A stretch of DNA of 61,732 bases, counting the filler. It is 3 parts of 3 records of this genome, joined end to end, with 100 filler letters (N's around TTAATTAATTAA, not from the genome) between each part and the next. Parts side by side here need not be neighbours in the genome. Positions count along the whole stretch, not along the records: positions 30,422 to 61,732 come from SRR31147125_73; 2 more parts are not named here. One strand, given 5' to 3'. The position numbers were made by a program, and so were the translations under genes. Positions 53,183 through 61,732 of this stretch are shown in pieces. The notes under the pieces were generated by a model. It was not told where the DNA came from. It ran no database searches and saw only the letters and a list, made by a program, of their open reading frames with translations. How positions within the stretch are numbered: the stretch's first letter is position 1; each line of letters starts with the position of its first letter.

Positions 53183-54301
53183 TCAAGCCCGAATTGAGTC
53201 AAAGTGTTTGAATATTAATTTTAATTCAGAATTTTTGTATATTATTTTACCCCATGACCTTTCGATGGAGTTATTATTATTTTTTATATAATTCTTAACT
53301 TCTTCGTAGAGACAATTTAAAAAGTTCTGACAATCTTCATGGTCTGATTTAATAAAGAACCAATCAATTAATTCCAGTTGAGATTCTTTGGTAAACTTTG
53401 AATTTTCAGAGATTATTTTTTCATTCTGAAAATCTGAATAAAGTTGATAAACATATTTTAAATATTCCTCTATCTCATCGGATATTATTTCAGACAAATC
53501 ATCTAGAGTAATTCTTTCTGGCTCAATCCCATATAAATCTAAATCAGTTTTACAGATTTCTGCCAACTCTTTTTCATTGGGTTCTATTCTAGCATTCCAC
53601 ATGAAATTGCAAAGTCTTGAACTTGGAATAAAAGTCTTTTCAACCAAGCTATTAGGTTCTTCTTTTGGAAAACTACGAGTCACCAACAATTCATGATTAA
53701 TATCTATATCATTTCCTGGTAATTTTTTAGCTACTAAAGATTCATCTTGTTTCAACGTTTTTAATGCATCAGATAGATGTTGCTTTGTCTCGGCATTGAC
53801 CTCTTCGAATGGCTTTATAAATTCATTTAGATTTTGAGCACTGCTCTTTTTATTACGTGAGACAACATCGTATAATTGTTTGGGTTTCTCCATTTCTATC
53901 TGAATTAAATTGAATACCTTTGACATAATAAACAAAGGTATTTTATAGCAAGTTTTGTCAAGGTCAAGCCTTTCTTTCATTAAAATTATATCTTTTGAAG
54001 TGTGTGACATGATAAAGTTTCGTTGTTCTATTAAAGAGGCAAAGTTTGTTAATACATTATTGATAATAGGTTCTTCTTCAATATATTGATTTTTCTCATA
54101 TTCTTGCTTTATTATAAAAATTGGAAGATTAAATATATATGTTTCAACTTCTTCTGTCTCACCTATTTGACTTCTAAAATTAACAAAACTAGAGCCTACT
54201 TGAACAAATGGTAATTCAATTTGACTTGCCATTGATGCATTCATGCTTGTCTCTGATTGAAAATTAAATCGTCTTGTCAGATGAACTGTTCGTTCTTCCA
54301 T
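53183..54301 (-). CDS. Hypothetical protein
   Basis: 372 aa with a GGAGA RBS; ends 13 nt before the phosphoesterase ATG. Confidence 0.8.
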   Translation of the reverse strand: MEERTVHLTRRFNFQSETSMNASMASQIELPFVQVGSSFVNFRSQIGETEEVETYIFNLPIFIIKQEYEKNQYIEEEPIINNVLTNFASLIEQRNFIMSHTSKDIILMKERLDLDKTCYKIPLFIMSKVFNLIQIEMEKPKQLYDVVSRNKKSSAQNLNEFIKPFEEVNAETKQHLSDALKTLKQDESLVAKKLPGNDIDINHELLVTRSFPKEEPNSLVEKTFIPSSRLCNFMWNARIEPNEKELAEICKTDLDLYGIEPERITLDDLSEIISDEIEEYLKYVYQLYSDFQNEKIISENSKFTKESQLELIDWFFIKSDHEDCQNFLNCLYEEVKNYIKNNNNSIERSWGKIIYKNSELKLIFKHFDSIRA

Positions 54302-54382
54302 AATTAATTTTCTCCATTAAGCAATAATTCAATTCTTCATATTTATTATGCTTTTGAAAAATCGACAATACTATGTGCTACG

Positions 54383-55948
54383 CTATTCATGGCGTTTAGA
54401 TAGTAAATAGGCTTTTTCCAGTTCACTTATAATTTCATCAGAAGAAATAAAGTCATAGTTAATTTGTTTGTCAAAAAAAGGATTTGCCCTAATATTCATA
54501 TCAATTTCAGTGTTTTGGTCAGGATTTTTAACAAAAAAAGACACTAAAGGATAAGGAAAAACTTTGGCAATACCTTTGCATAACTGATTAGCATCCTCAT
54601 GTTTATCTTCAACCAGTGCTAAATTAAAAGCTTTATTTATCCAAAATAAATAAAGACTCTTTGATTTTCGTTGTATCTTTCGTACCACGCGAGGCAATAT
54701 TTGTCCAACTATTTGATAATTATCTCCCCAAAGTTCATTCTTTTTGTTTAAAGGTATAATAGTGCATAAGCATGCCCAGCCAACACCATTTACAAATATA
54801 GGAAGATATATTGCTCCAGGAATATCATTAGTATTGTTTCTGCCAGCTATTTGTCGTAGTAAGCAAAGTTCGGAATTTTGACGTTTAATTTGTCTGCTAT
54901 ATTCACCTTTGATGCTATTTTTATAACTTTCCTCTTCCCCACACCAATTCCTGTTTGCTCCTATTACCTCATATCCGAAATCAAGTAATCCCCCTTGAAG
55001 TACGAAATGACTTACTGCTCTAGCAGGTTCTTTTAAAGGGTATTCGATGGCTTTGATAAAATTGTCGCTATCTTGTATTTCTTCCCTATCTAATAAACAT
55101 CTCTCACCTTTTTCTTGACATATGTTGCAATGTTTTTTCTTGGAATTAAAGATCTCTTTAATTTGTTTTTTTTGAATTGAAGATAGAATAATTCTTGTTA
55201 CATAGGGAAAACGATCACTTTGGGTATTAAAATCAGGTAATTTCAAAACACAAAAAAGATTAAAAAAAACATTTTTATCATTAATTTTCTTTAAAAATAA
55301 AGGACTGTGATCGAGTCCACTATACGTATCATCTAGTAGAGCTCTAATTTCTTGAATGTAGTTACTATTTAAATTTTTTACGACCTCATCCTCTTTATTC
55401 GAATTTTTATTAGTGTTTTTAAAACTACAATATGGATTAACTGTGTTGTTATTCATATTGTTAATTATTTTCTGAATATAGAGGTGATCTGCTTTATTAT
55501 TACAAATCGTGTCTTTTATGTTGACAATAAGTTCTTTGATTTTTCTATAAATTTTTTGATCATTATCATTGGATGTAATGTTTATAATGTTGGGACGATT
55601 TGTTTTGCCTTGAAATTCAAGTTTAAAAAAAGACAAATAGTAACTAAAGTCTTCAATTTTAGTGAATTCAACAACATCCAAATCGTCTTTTATACCTTCT
55701 AATTTAGAAGATATTTCATCCCAATAATCAATAGCGGAGACATAAAAATATTCCCTTTTTTTCGTTTCATTGTTTTCTTTTAATATGGCAATCACAATAG
55801 GTTCTTGCACGTACAAGATTAGATAATTTAGTAGCGGGAAAATGGAATATTTTTCAGGCTCTCTTGACTCTCGAATCGTAGTGATTATAGCATCTTGAAT
55901 TAAAACAGAACGATTATCGGGATTCTCATAAATAGTTTGTTGAGTCAT
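54383..55948 (-). CDS. Hypothetical protein with possible GAF-like C-terminal domain
   Basis: 521 aa. AIYLPIFVNGVGWACL resembles the GAF beta-hairpin (weak). HCNIC..C cluster. Confidence 0.75.
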   Translation of the reverse strand: MTQQTIYENPDNRSVLIQDAIITTIRESREPEKYSIFPLLNYLILYVQEPIVIAILKENNETKKREYFYVSAIDYWDEISSKLEGIKDDLDVVEFTKIEDFSYYLSFFKLEFQGKTNRPNIINITSNDNDQKIYRKIKELIVNIKDTICNNKADHLYIQKIINNMNNNTVNPYCSFKNTNKNSNKEDEVVKNLNSNYIQEIRALLDDTYSGLDHSPLFLKKINDKNVFFNLFCVLKLPDFNTQSDRFPYVTRIILSSIQKKQIKEIFNSKKKHCNICQEKGERCLLDREEIQDSDNFIKAIEYPLKEPARAVSHFVLQGGLLDFGYEVIGANRNWCGEEESYKNSIKGEYSRQIKRQNSELCLLRQIAGRNNTNDIPGAIYLPIFVNGVGWACLCTIIPLNKKNELWGDNYQIVGQILPRVVRKIQRKSKSLYLFWINKAFNLALVEDKHEDANQLCKGIAKVFPYPLVSFFVKNPDQNTEIDMNIRANPFFDKQINYDFISSDEIISELEKAYLLSKRHE

Positions 55949-56506
55949 AGCAACAAAATCCTATATCTCAAGTCCGAATTTGATTTATTGGAATAAAAAA
56001 ATACAATACCCTTAAGAGACTGTTTGAAAATTCAAAAACTCTGAGCCATTTGACCAGATAATCGAAAAAAATGTCCGAAGTATTGGAGTAGGTTATCCCA
56101 TATTTCCGTGATGACAAATTTCCCATTGCTAATAAGATAAATCAGCAAAATAGATTCTATCACTTAATACATATTACGAAACACTGTCAATATAGCAAGT
56201 ATTTTTTTTGAAATTTTCCGATACAAAATTATCTACAATTTTGTCTTTGAAACCATTAATGGTATTTTGAAACAAAAAAATATGTATTAAATCTCAAAAA
56301 CAAATAAAAATAATGCTATTTTTTTATTTTAAACAACATATAAAGTATCCAAAATCGATAAAAATACTTGCTGTTTTCTTCAATGCATGAGGGAAAAAAC
56401 GTAAAAGTTATTTTTATACAAGCATTGATTATATTGTAGAAAAACAATTCTGAAGCACAGGTAGTACAGCAAACCATTCTCTATGATGCTTTATCAATCC
56501 AAATTT

Positions 56507-57937
56507 TTAATTCGGATGCAACACCATATTCTGAGTAAAAACCAATAGCCTTTTCGAAGCTCTAGTTAAGGCAACGTATAGATGTTTTGGGTATTCGAAT
56601 TTATGGGCATCCAGAATAGCTACTGTATCAAACTCTAATCCTTTAGTAAGTAACGTGGTGCCAATGCATTTTCCAAATATTTTCCTGCCTGATCGACGAG
56701 TCGTGTTCCTTTTGTTGGTCATAGCTTCTGATACAGTGATGTTTTCATACTCAGCCTCTTTGAGTGAGCTGATGAATGTATTGCATAGCTCTTTTCGGTA
56801 GCATTTTATACCATTCAAAGTGCTAATATATTGGAAAATGTCTGCTAGCACTAGGAACGAAATGTTTTTTTCCAAGGATTTTGTATTGCTTAGTATTGGT
56901 GCCAACATTAGCTTTTCTTCTTCTTTTCGTTTGTTTTTGAAACCCTTGGCGTTAAACCAAATATTTAATCCGCTAGTGTTAAAAAGCTCGTAAGCAATCT
57001 CTTTTATACCTTGAACGGGATTTTGATTTGAAATATTATCCGCTAAGTTAGCTAGTTTATAAAAACTCTTATCATCAATAGATTCGATTAATGACATACG
57101 GTTGCTAAAAATTTGTATTATCTTTATCCTTGGATGAACACTCGTCGAATTGGGATGTAAAAGTAAAACGCTTTCTTCATTTAGCAATTCCCATAACTTT
57201 TTCTGATACAGTGTGTGGGGCTTGTGTAAATCGGATGAATTAACATTATAGGTTTCAATAGAAGCATATTTCTTTAAGTTTAATGGCTGCTTGTTTATTA
57301 AAACCTCTCTTATTTGCTTAAGTTCAAGTCCCAGCTGTCGATTATTGCCATTGAGCCATCTTTGAGGTTCGGTCAGGGCATATCGATGATCTGTAAATCC
57401 ACACATTTCCTCATTGTTCTCTAAGTCAACAAGACACTCTCCCTTAAATCCAAAAATGCCTTGTAAAAAATCTCCAAAAATATGTGTCGGTAAATAATTC
57501 GCTAACGCTAAAATTAATGCGTGTTGTTTTTGGGTGCAATCTTGATACTCATCAACAAATACTCCGTCGTAACTACTAGACACAATTTTCTGAATTGGCT
57601 TGATAGAGAGTAGTGCTGTAGCCTTCTGTATAAGAAAAGAATAATACTTTTTACCGTCTTCTTGCTTAGGAATATCATTCCCAGTATAAAATGCGAGAAC
57701 ATATTTTTGGGCAAAGCTGGTAATAGTTTCGATATGAAACTTGGATGTTGGTAGCTGTTCTTTTTTTACTTTTTCTTTGATTGAGGCAACGCCAGCATGT
57801 GTATGGGTTAAAATCAACTGCTTTGTATTATTTGGGGTATACTTCAAACATTCAGCAATTGTGTATGTTTTTCCAAATCCAGCAGGGGCAATCAGCATGC
57901 TTTTTTCACAGCTAATAAATTCTTTGTAATCAATCAT
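56507..57937 (-). CDS. gajB: Gabija GajB-like UvrD helicase
   Basis: APAGFGKT, ILTHT, VDEYQD, FGD.LQGIF, KGLEFD and YVALTRA motifs. The ATG at 57937 overlaps the gajA stop. Confidence 0.85.
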   Translation of the reverse strand: MIDYKEFISCEKSMLIAPAGFGKTYTIAECLKYTPNNTKQLILTHTHAGVASIKEKVKKEQLPTSKFHIETITSFAQKYVLAFYTGNDIPKQEDGKKYYSFLIQKATALLSIKPIQKIVSSSYDGVFVDEYQDCTQKQHALILALANYLPTHIFGDFLQGIFGFKGECLVDLENNEEMCGFTDHRYALTEPQRWLNGNNRQLGLELKQIREVLINKQPLNLKKYASIETYNVNSSDLHKPHTLYQKKLWELLNEESVLLLHPNSTSVHPRIKIIQIFSNRMSLIESIDDKSFYKLANLADNISNQNPVQGIKEIAYELFNTSGLNIWFNAKGFKNKRKEEEKLMLAPILSNTKSLEKNISFLVLADIFQYISTLNGIKCYRKELCNTFISSLKEAEYENITVSEAMTNKRNTTRRSGRKIFGKCIGTTLLTKGLEFDTVAILDAHKFEYPKHLYVALTRASKRLLVFTQNMVLHPN

Positions 57938-59597
57938 CGAAAATCCATTTAGATAAATTATCAAATTGTAATCTTAAAGTTGTGCCTTCTATTTTTTCGA
58001 GATGATTACACCAAACTTCACCTATGACTTCTCCATGATCAATTCTTTTAAACCAACCTTTTTTGGCGGCTGAGACACCTAATACCTTTTTTATTTCCAA
58101 GCTGTCGCTATTTATCCAATCGTCAGGTAATCCGCCGGATATTTTACTACGAATGGTGTCTTCAATACTAGTTTGTCCATATTCATCCATAGCATATAAA
58201 ATTAGCTGTTGAGAAGCGTCCCAAGGGAGATCATTAAAAATTTGCTGTTCGATTGCATTTTTGTCATTACAATCTACAATTTCGATTCCCATGGCTTTAA
58301 GCTCATCTTTTTGATCATTAATTTTCTGCACATCAGAATCACAAAAAGCACAAACATCAAAGCTAGCTTTTTTGAAGTTTTGACAATAAGTAATGAATTG
58401 AGAGCCGGTTCCGTCAACGATACCAATTCCTAAAACTGAAAAATTCGGTTTGCCTTTATTTGTGTAATATTGGTTGATTGACCTACAAATACCAATTTCT
58501 GTTGCACCTTCACAAATCAGAATCTTCTTGGCAAAAAATGCTTCTGCATTATTTCTTAAACACCCTTGAAATGAACTATCAAAATCAATCAGGTGACTAT
58601 TTGCTTTTTTCTTTAAGTAAATATTATGAGCATCTAACTCGACCAAAACATCTCTGGAATGTGTCGTAATGAAGACCTGCCCTTGGTTTTGTTTTTTTAG
58701 TTGACTTGCTAAAAATCGAACTCGATCCGACTCTAAGCCTTGTTCTATTTCATCAATTAAAACAATGCCTCCTGATTTAGCCAATTCTGCTTGAATCGCA
58801 ATTGATAGCAGACGCTTTGACCCTTTTCCCTTTTGTCTAAATGGTATGTTTTCTTCGTGTAAGCAAATTCTGCCATCTTTTATTGAAATATCACGAGAAT
58901 CAATAGTAGTATGTGTATCTGCAACATCTATTCCTAGATTTGAGGCGGAGGCTTTTATTTTTTCGACTACCTTTTCCAGCTGTGAAAAAGCATTTGAATC
59001 AATTTTTTCTTTGGCTTCTCTTAGAGCGTCTATTATGACATTTTCATTTTTAAAAGCTGTATCCTCTTGCTTTAAGAGTGAGTACAGAGGATTACCTTTA
59101 TTCCATGAAAAATGCCGGTCAACATAATCAGAGACAAAAAACATATTAAGTTCGGCTCTGTCACTTCCTTTTATCTCTATGGGATCACGCCTACCATTGA
59201 CAACAGACCATTGAGGCTCTAGATCCTTTTCAACAACAAGCTTGATTGTGAGCAAAGGTTCATGATTGTTGTTTAACTCATCATGGATAGAGTTGTCTGC
59301 TGTATCTAAGCCTCTTATATACAAACCGCACTTGGAGTCTTTGAGTAGTTTAGGCGGTAAGTCGTATAAAGATGCTTCTATTGATATCGGATTGGATGTA
59401 TCACAACTAAAAAAATCCGTGTCATAAAATGTAAGATTCCACTTGGGGGATAAAACCGCTGAAATGGCTTCGAGTATAGCTGTTTTGCCAGAATCTCCTC
59501 TGCCTATCAAACAAACAAAGTTTGTAGGTTGGAAAGTCTGTTCAAAACTTTTGATGCCCTTGAAATTATTGATTATAAGTGTATGTATTTTTGCCAT
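57930..59597 (-). CDS. gajA: Gabija GajA-like OLD-family ATPase-TOPRIM nuclease
   Basis: INNFKGI, GRGDSGKT, LIDEIEQGL and ITTHS motifs; TOPRIM CEGATE and DSD; immediately upstream of a short UvrD. Confidence 0.87.
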   Translation of the reverse strand: MAKIHTLIINNFKGIKSFEQTFQPTNFVCLIGRGDSGKTAILEAISAVLSPKWNLTFYDTDFFSCDTSNPISIEASLYDLPPKLLKDSKCGLYIRGLDTADNSIHDELNNNHEPLLTIKLVVEKDLEPQWSVVNGRRDPIEIKGSDRAELNMFFVSDYVDRHFSWNKGNPLYSLLKQEDTAFKNENVIIDALREAKEKIDSNAFSQLEKVVEKIKASASNLGIDVADTHTTIDSRDISIKDGRICLHEENIPFRQKGKGSKRLLSIAIQAELAKSGGIVLIDEIEQGLESDRVRFLASQLKKQNQGQVFITTHSRDVLVELDAHNIYLKKKANSHLIDFDSSFQGCLRNNAEAFFAKKILICEGATEIGICRSINQYYTNKGKPNFSVLGIGIVDGTGSQFITYCQNFKKASFDVCAFCDSDVQKINDQKDELKAMGIEIVDCNDKNAIEQQIFNDLPWDASQQLILYAMDEYGQTSIEDTIRSKISGGLPDDWINSDSLEIKKVLGVSAAKKGWFKRIDHGEVIGEVWCNHLEKIEGTTLRLQFDNLSKWIFDD

Positions 59598-59647
59598 AAA
59601 TAGAAATTAACCTAACAAACAATGAATATTGTATATAATGAGAACAA

Positions 59648-60109
59648 TTAATCAATAGAGAGTTCTTGTCGAAAAGCATCCTTCGACAGCTCTAACCGAT
59701 ACAAAGTATCAGATATCCGAATATCAGTAATATCATTCATCTTGTTCCCCAAACTGGCTCGGACATGATAACAAAATCGTGTGAATGCCAAAATTTCAGA
59801 CTCATTTTCTAAAGTCCCACCTGCATTCCAAAATTCAGACAAAGCTTTAACCACCGGAGCCTCAGCACAAATACAAATTCTGGTTTTGGCATCGTTTAGA
59901 GCTGTCAGGTCATCTAAGTTATCTTCGGTTTCTCCTAATCGCCTGTTGGAAACCAATCTTGAGGTGGCATTAATAAAATCTGTGTAGGCTTTTAGTCGCA
60001 TTTCTGCCAATTCATCTTGGCGTTTACGTTTGCTTGCAAAAAGATGGGCGAGGATAGCAACCAATATGGCACTACAAAATGATATAGCTGAAGCTGTAAG
60101 CACTGTCAT
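59648..60109 (-). CDS. Hypothetical protein with N-terminal membrane anchor
   Basis: 153 aa; hydrophobic N-terminus followed by KRKR and a helical domain. Confidence 0.75.
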   Translation of the reverse strand: MTVLTASAISFCSAILVAILAHLFASKRKRQDELAEMRLKAYTDFINATSRLVSNRRLGETEDNLDDLTALNDAKTRICICAEAPVVKALSEFWNAGGTLENESEILAFTRFCYHVRASLGNKMNDITDIRISDTLYRLELSKDAFRQELSID

Positions 60110-60154
60110 ATTATATTCTCAGGTTATAATGGTAGAGATAGAAAAATGGAATTG

Positions 60155-60925
60155 TTATTCTCCCCAAATCAGGTTGGCAAATTCGGGATGGTCGATAAAA
60201 GGATTGCGATTGTGCTGTTTTTCATAGATTCGATTATTGCGTCTTCGTTCCCAATCATCGACGGAATCTTGTTGATGCCATATTAATAAGGTGGAAGATT
60301 TACCATGCAGGGGGGAAGGATAAGTTGATACTCGGTCAGCTAATTCCAAATCAGGTGCTCCATCTCCACCTTCATAGCGGACAGCCATATAAAAAATCAT
60401 GCGAGCAACATCTCCTTTTACTGAGTCAGGCGGTTCCCATGAATCAGAATCAACTCGACATTGGGTTTCTCCGTCGCCGTCATTATAAAGGTCGCCACCA
60501 TTGTCAAAATCAAGATTACCTCGGCGTGAATTTACAGTAACATCAGTTGGGCGAAGATGATGCAAGTCAGTTCCGGCGGGAGGTCTTTTCCCGAATTTTC
60601 CATGAGATTTTGCCCATACATGTTCTCGATTCCACTGAGAAGCATTGCCTCCGTGAGAGGACTTCGGAAGTGTCCAACCAGAATAAAGAAGTTTGACATG
60701 ATCTGGATTATTCAAATCCTCATCTGTGTAGGCTAATAAATCCCAAACTTCACGGTACGAATATTCGGTGTGATTTTTGATGATGTCATGTAGGCGAGAT
60801 TTGAGGTCGATATCGGTTAAATTTTCAGTACCAGCATAATAATCAGTCGGAACGTCTGCCATTACACTGACGGCAAAAAGAAGATAAAAACTCAAATAAA
60901 GTAGAAGATGATTCAATCTATTCAT
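60155..60925 (-). CDS. Secreted endonuclease I family (His-Me finger) nuclease
   Basis: Signal peptide; WNREHVWAKS, DLHHLRP..VNSRRGN, KGDVAR..FYMAVRY and NRNPFIDHP motifs. Confidence 0.92.
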   Translation of the reverse strand: MNRLNHLLLYLSFYLLFAVSVMADVPTDYYAGTENLTDIDLKSRLHDIIKNHTEYSYREVWDLLAYTDEDLNNPDHVKLLYSGWTLPKSSHGGNASQWNREHVWAKSHGKFGKRPPAGTDLHHLRPTDVTVNSRRGNLDFDNGGDLYNDGDGETQCRVDSDSWEPPDSVKGDVARMIFYMAVRYEGGDGAPDLELADRVSTYPSPLHGKSSTLLIWHQQDSVDDWERRRNNRIYEKQHNRNPFIDHPEFANLIWGE

Positions 60926-60990
60926 GCTTTGTTTCCTTTTTTGAAAAGGTACAAAAAAAACACTGTCATCAATGTGGTTCGTGAATCGCT

Positions 60991-61732
60991 TTAATATTTT
61001 TCTGTCTCGTCCTTAAAATTGTCAACTTCGCATTTATCGGAATTTGCACAATTATTGAATCTTTTTATCATTCCATTTTTTCGGTTATTTCTAATACTGT
61101 ATTTTATTTCAAAGCATTTATCTTTAGGTGCCGTGAACGAATACAGCGTTTTGTGAACATGATGGTTGATTACTTCTGGGTCAAGATAATACCCTTTGGC
61201 TTCAGCTGAATAATTTAAATGGATTGAGATATTATCAGTACAGTTAGTATTGTTCTTTTTGGGTAATTCAATTTTTTTCAATTCGGGAGCTACATAGCGA
61301 TTGTTCTTTTTATAGTCAGCTTTGTCTTTATCGTATATTTTTATTCGCCCCCATTCTTGAGAAATGTCGCAGTATGCCAGAAGAAAAGCCATGGGATTAA
61401 GGGACAAACAAATTCCATTTTCATTCATTTTTTTAATGGCTGTGAATATCGGCTTGTTATGTAAGGATATCGCTAAACATGAAATGTTTATTATGTGGGC
61501 AATTTGGGGTATTTTGTTAAAACCTTCATTGTTTTTGTAGTAATGTTGCATAAGGATAATCGCACTCAAGACACCATGATCATTGTGCTTAACAGTGTTT
61601 TGAATTAGAGTCCTGAAGATAAAGGATTCATTAAATTTGGGATTACATTCTCTGTGGACATGATAACAATGACAATATTCTGTAGGGAAAATGTAGTATG
61701 AACTAAGTTCTTGAAGTATTTTAGGAATCCGT
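60991..61732 (-). CDS. HD-superfamily phosphohydrolase-like protein, C-terminal part (5'-truncated)
   Basis: The frame is open to the window edge. NDHGVLSAIIL, AISLHN and LLAYCDISQEWGR motifs. Confidence 0.7.
   Translation of the reverse strand, partial: RIPKILQELSSYYIFPTEYCHCYHVHRECNPKFNESFIFRTLIQNTVKHNDHGVLSAIILMQHYYKNNEGFNKIPQIAHIINISCLAISLHNKPIFTAIKKMNENGICLSLNPMAFLLAYCDISQEWGRIKIYDKDKADYKKNNRYVAPELKKIELPKKNNTNCTDNISIHLNYSAEAKGYYLDPEVINHHVHKTLYSFTAPKDKCFEIKYSIRNNRKNGMIKRFNNCANSDKCEVDNFKDETEKY

Noticed and set aside
56016-56032. IS-like terminal repeat GAGACTGTTTGAAAATT and a 13/14 inverted match at 51622-51635
   Set aside because: There is no transposase, the orientation is wrong for a single element, and such matches are expected by chance in AT-rich DNA.
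59598-60154. Integron cassette structure around the 153-aa gene (GTTAGGT before gajA)
   Set aside because: No paired RYYYAAC/GTTRRRY attC hairpin and no integron integrase.

Overview
The window is not one continuous locus. Two 100-nt artificial linkers (N44-TTAATTAATTAA-N44, at 11453-11552 and 30322-30421) join three contigs, so adjacency across them means nothing. Contigs 1 and 2 look like chromosome of an FCB-group bacterium; KSB1/Calditrichota-like is inferred from the QNYPNPFN-type C-terminal sorting domains. They encode secreted peptidases, carbohydrate-active enzymes (DUF2961, SASA esterase, GH78, GH92), two alkaline-phosphatase-family enzymes, a CoA-disulfide reductase/NADH oxidase and an uncharacterised PQQ-propeller/methyltransferase + ABC transporter module. 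Contig 3 is mostly an integrative conjugative element: trbE/D/C, a structured oriT-like region, mobC, MOBP-type relaxase, VirD4, primase and a large serine recombinase. An AT-rich defence-type island follows it, with a three-gene operon ending in a calcineurin-like phosphoesterase, Gabija, endonuclease I and a partial HD protein. The best novelty candidates are: (i) a ParB gene followed by a spore-photoproduct-lyase-like radical SAM gene whose stop overlaps the pilin start; (ii) the unannotated three-gene operon between the integrase and Gabija; (iii) two sequence-unrelated leader RNAs sharing one switch architecture; (iv) an HTH-membrane-TPR regulator. About a dozen genes are split by indels in homopolymer or short-repeat runs, most likely sequencing errors. 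I saw no CRISPR array, tRNA, rRNA or reverse transcriptase. All family calls come from recognising motifs by eye, not from database searches.
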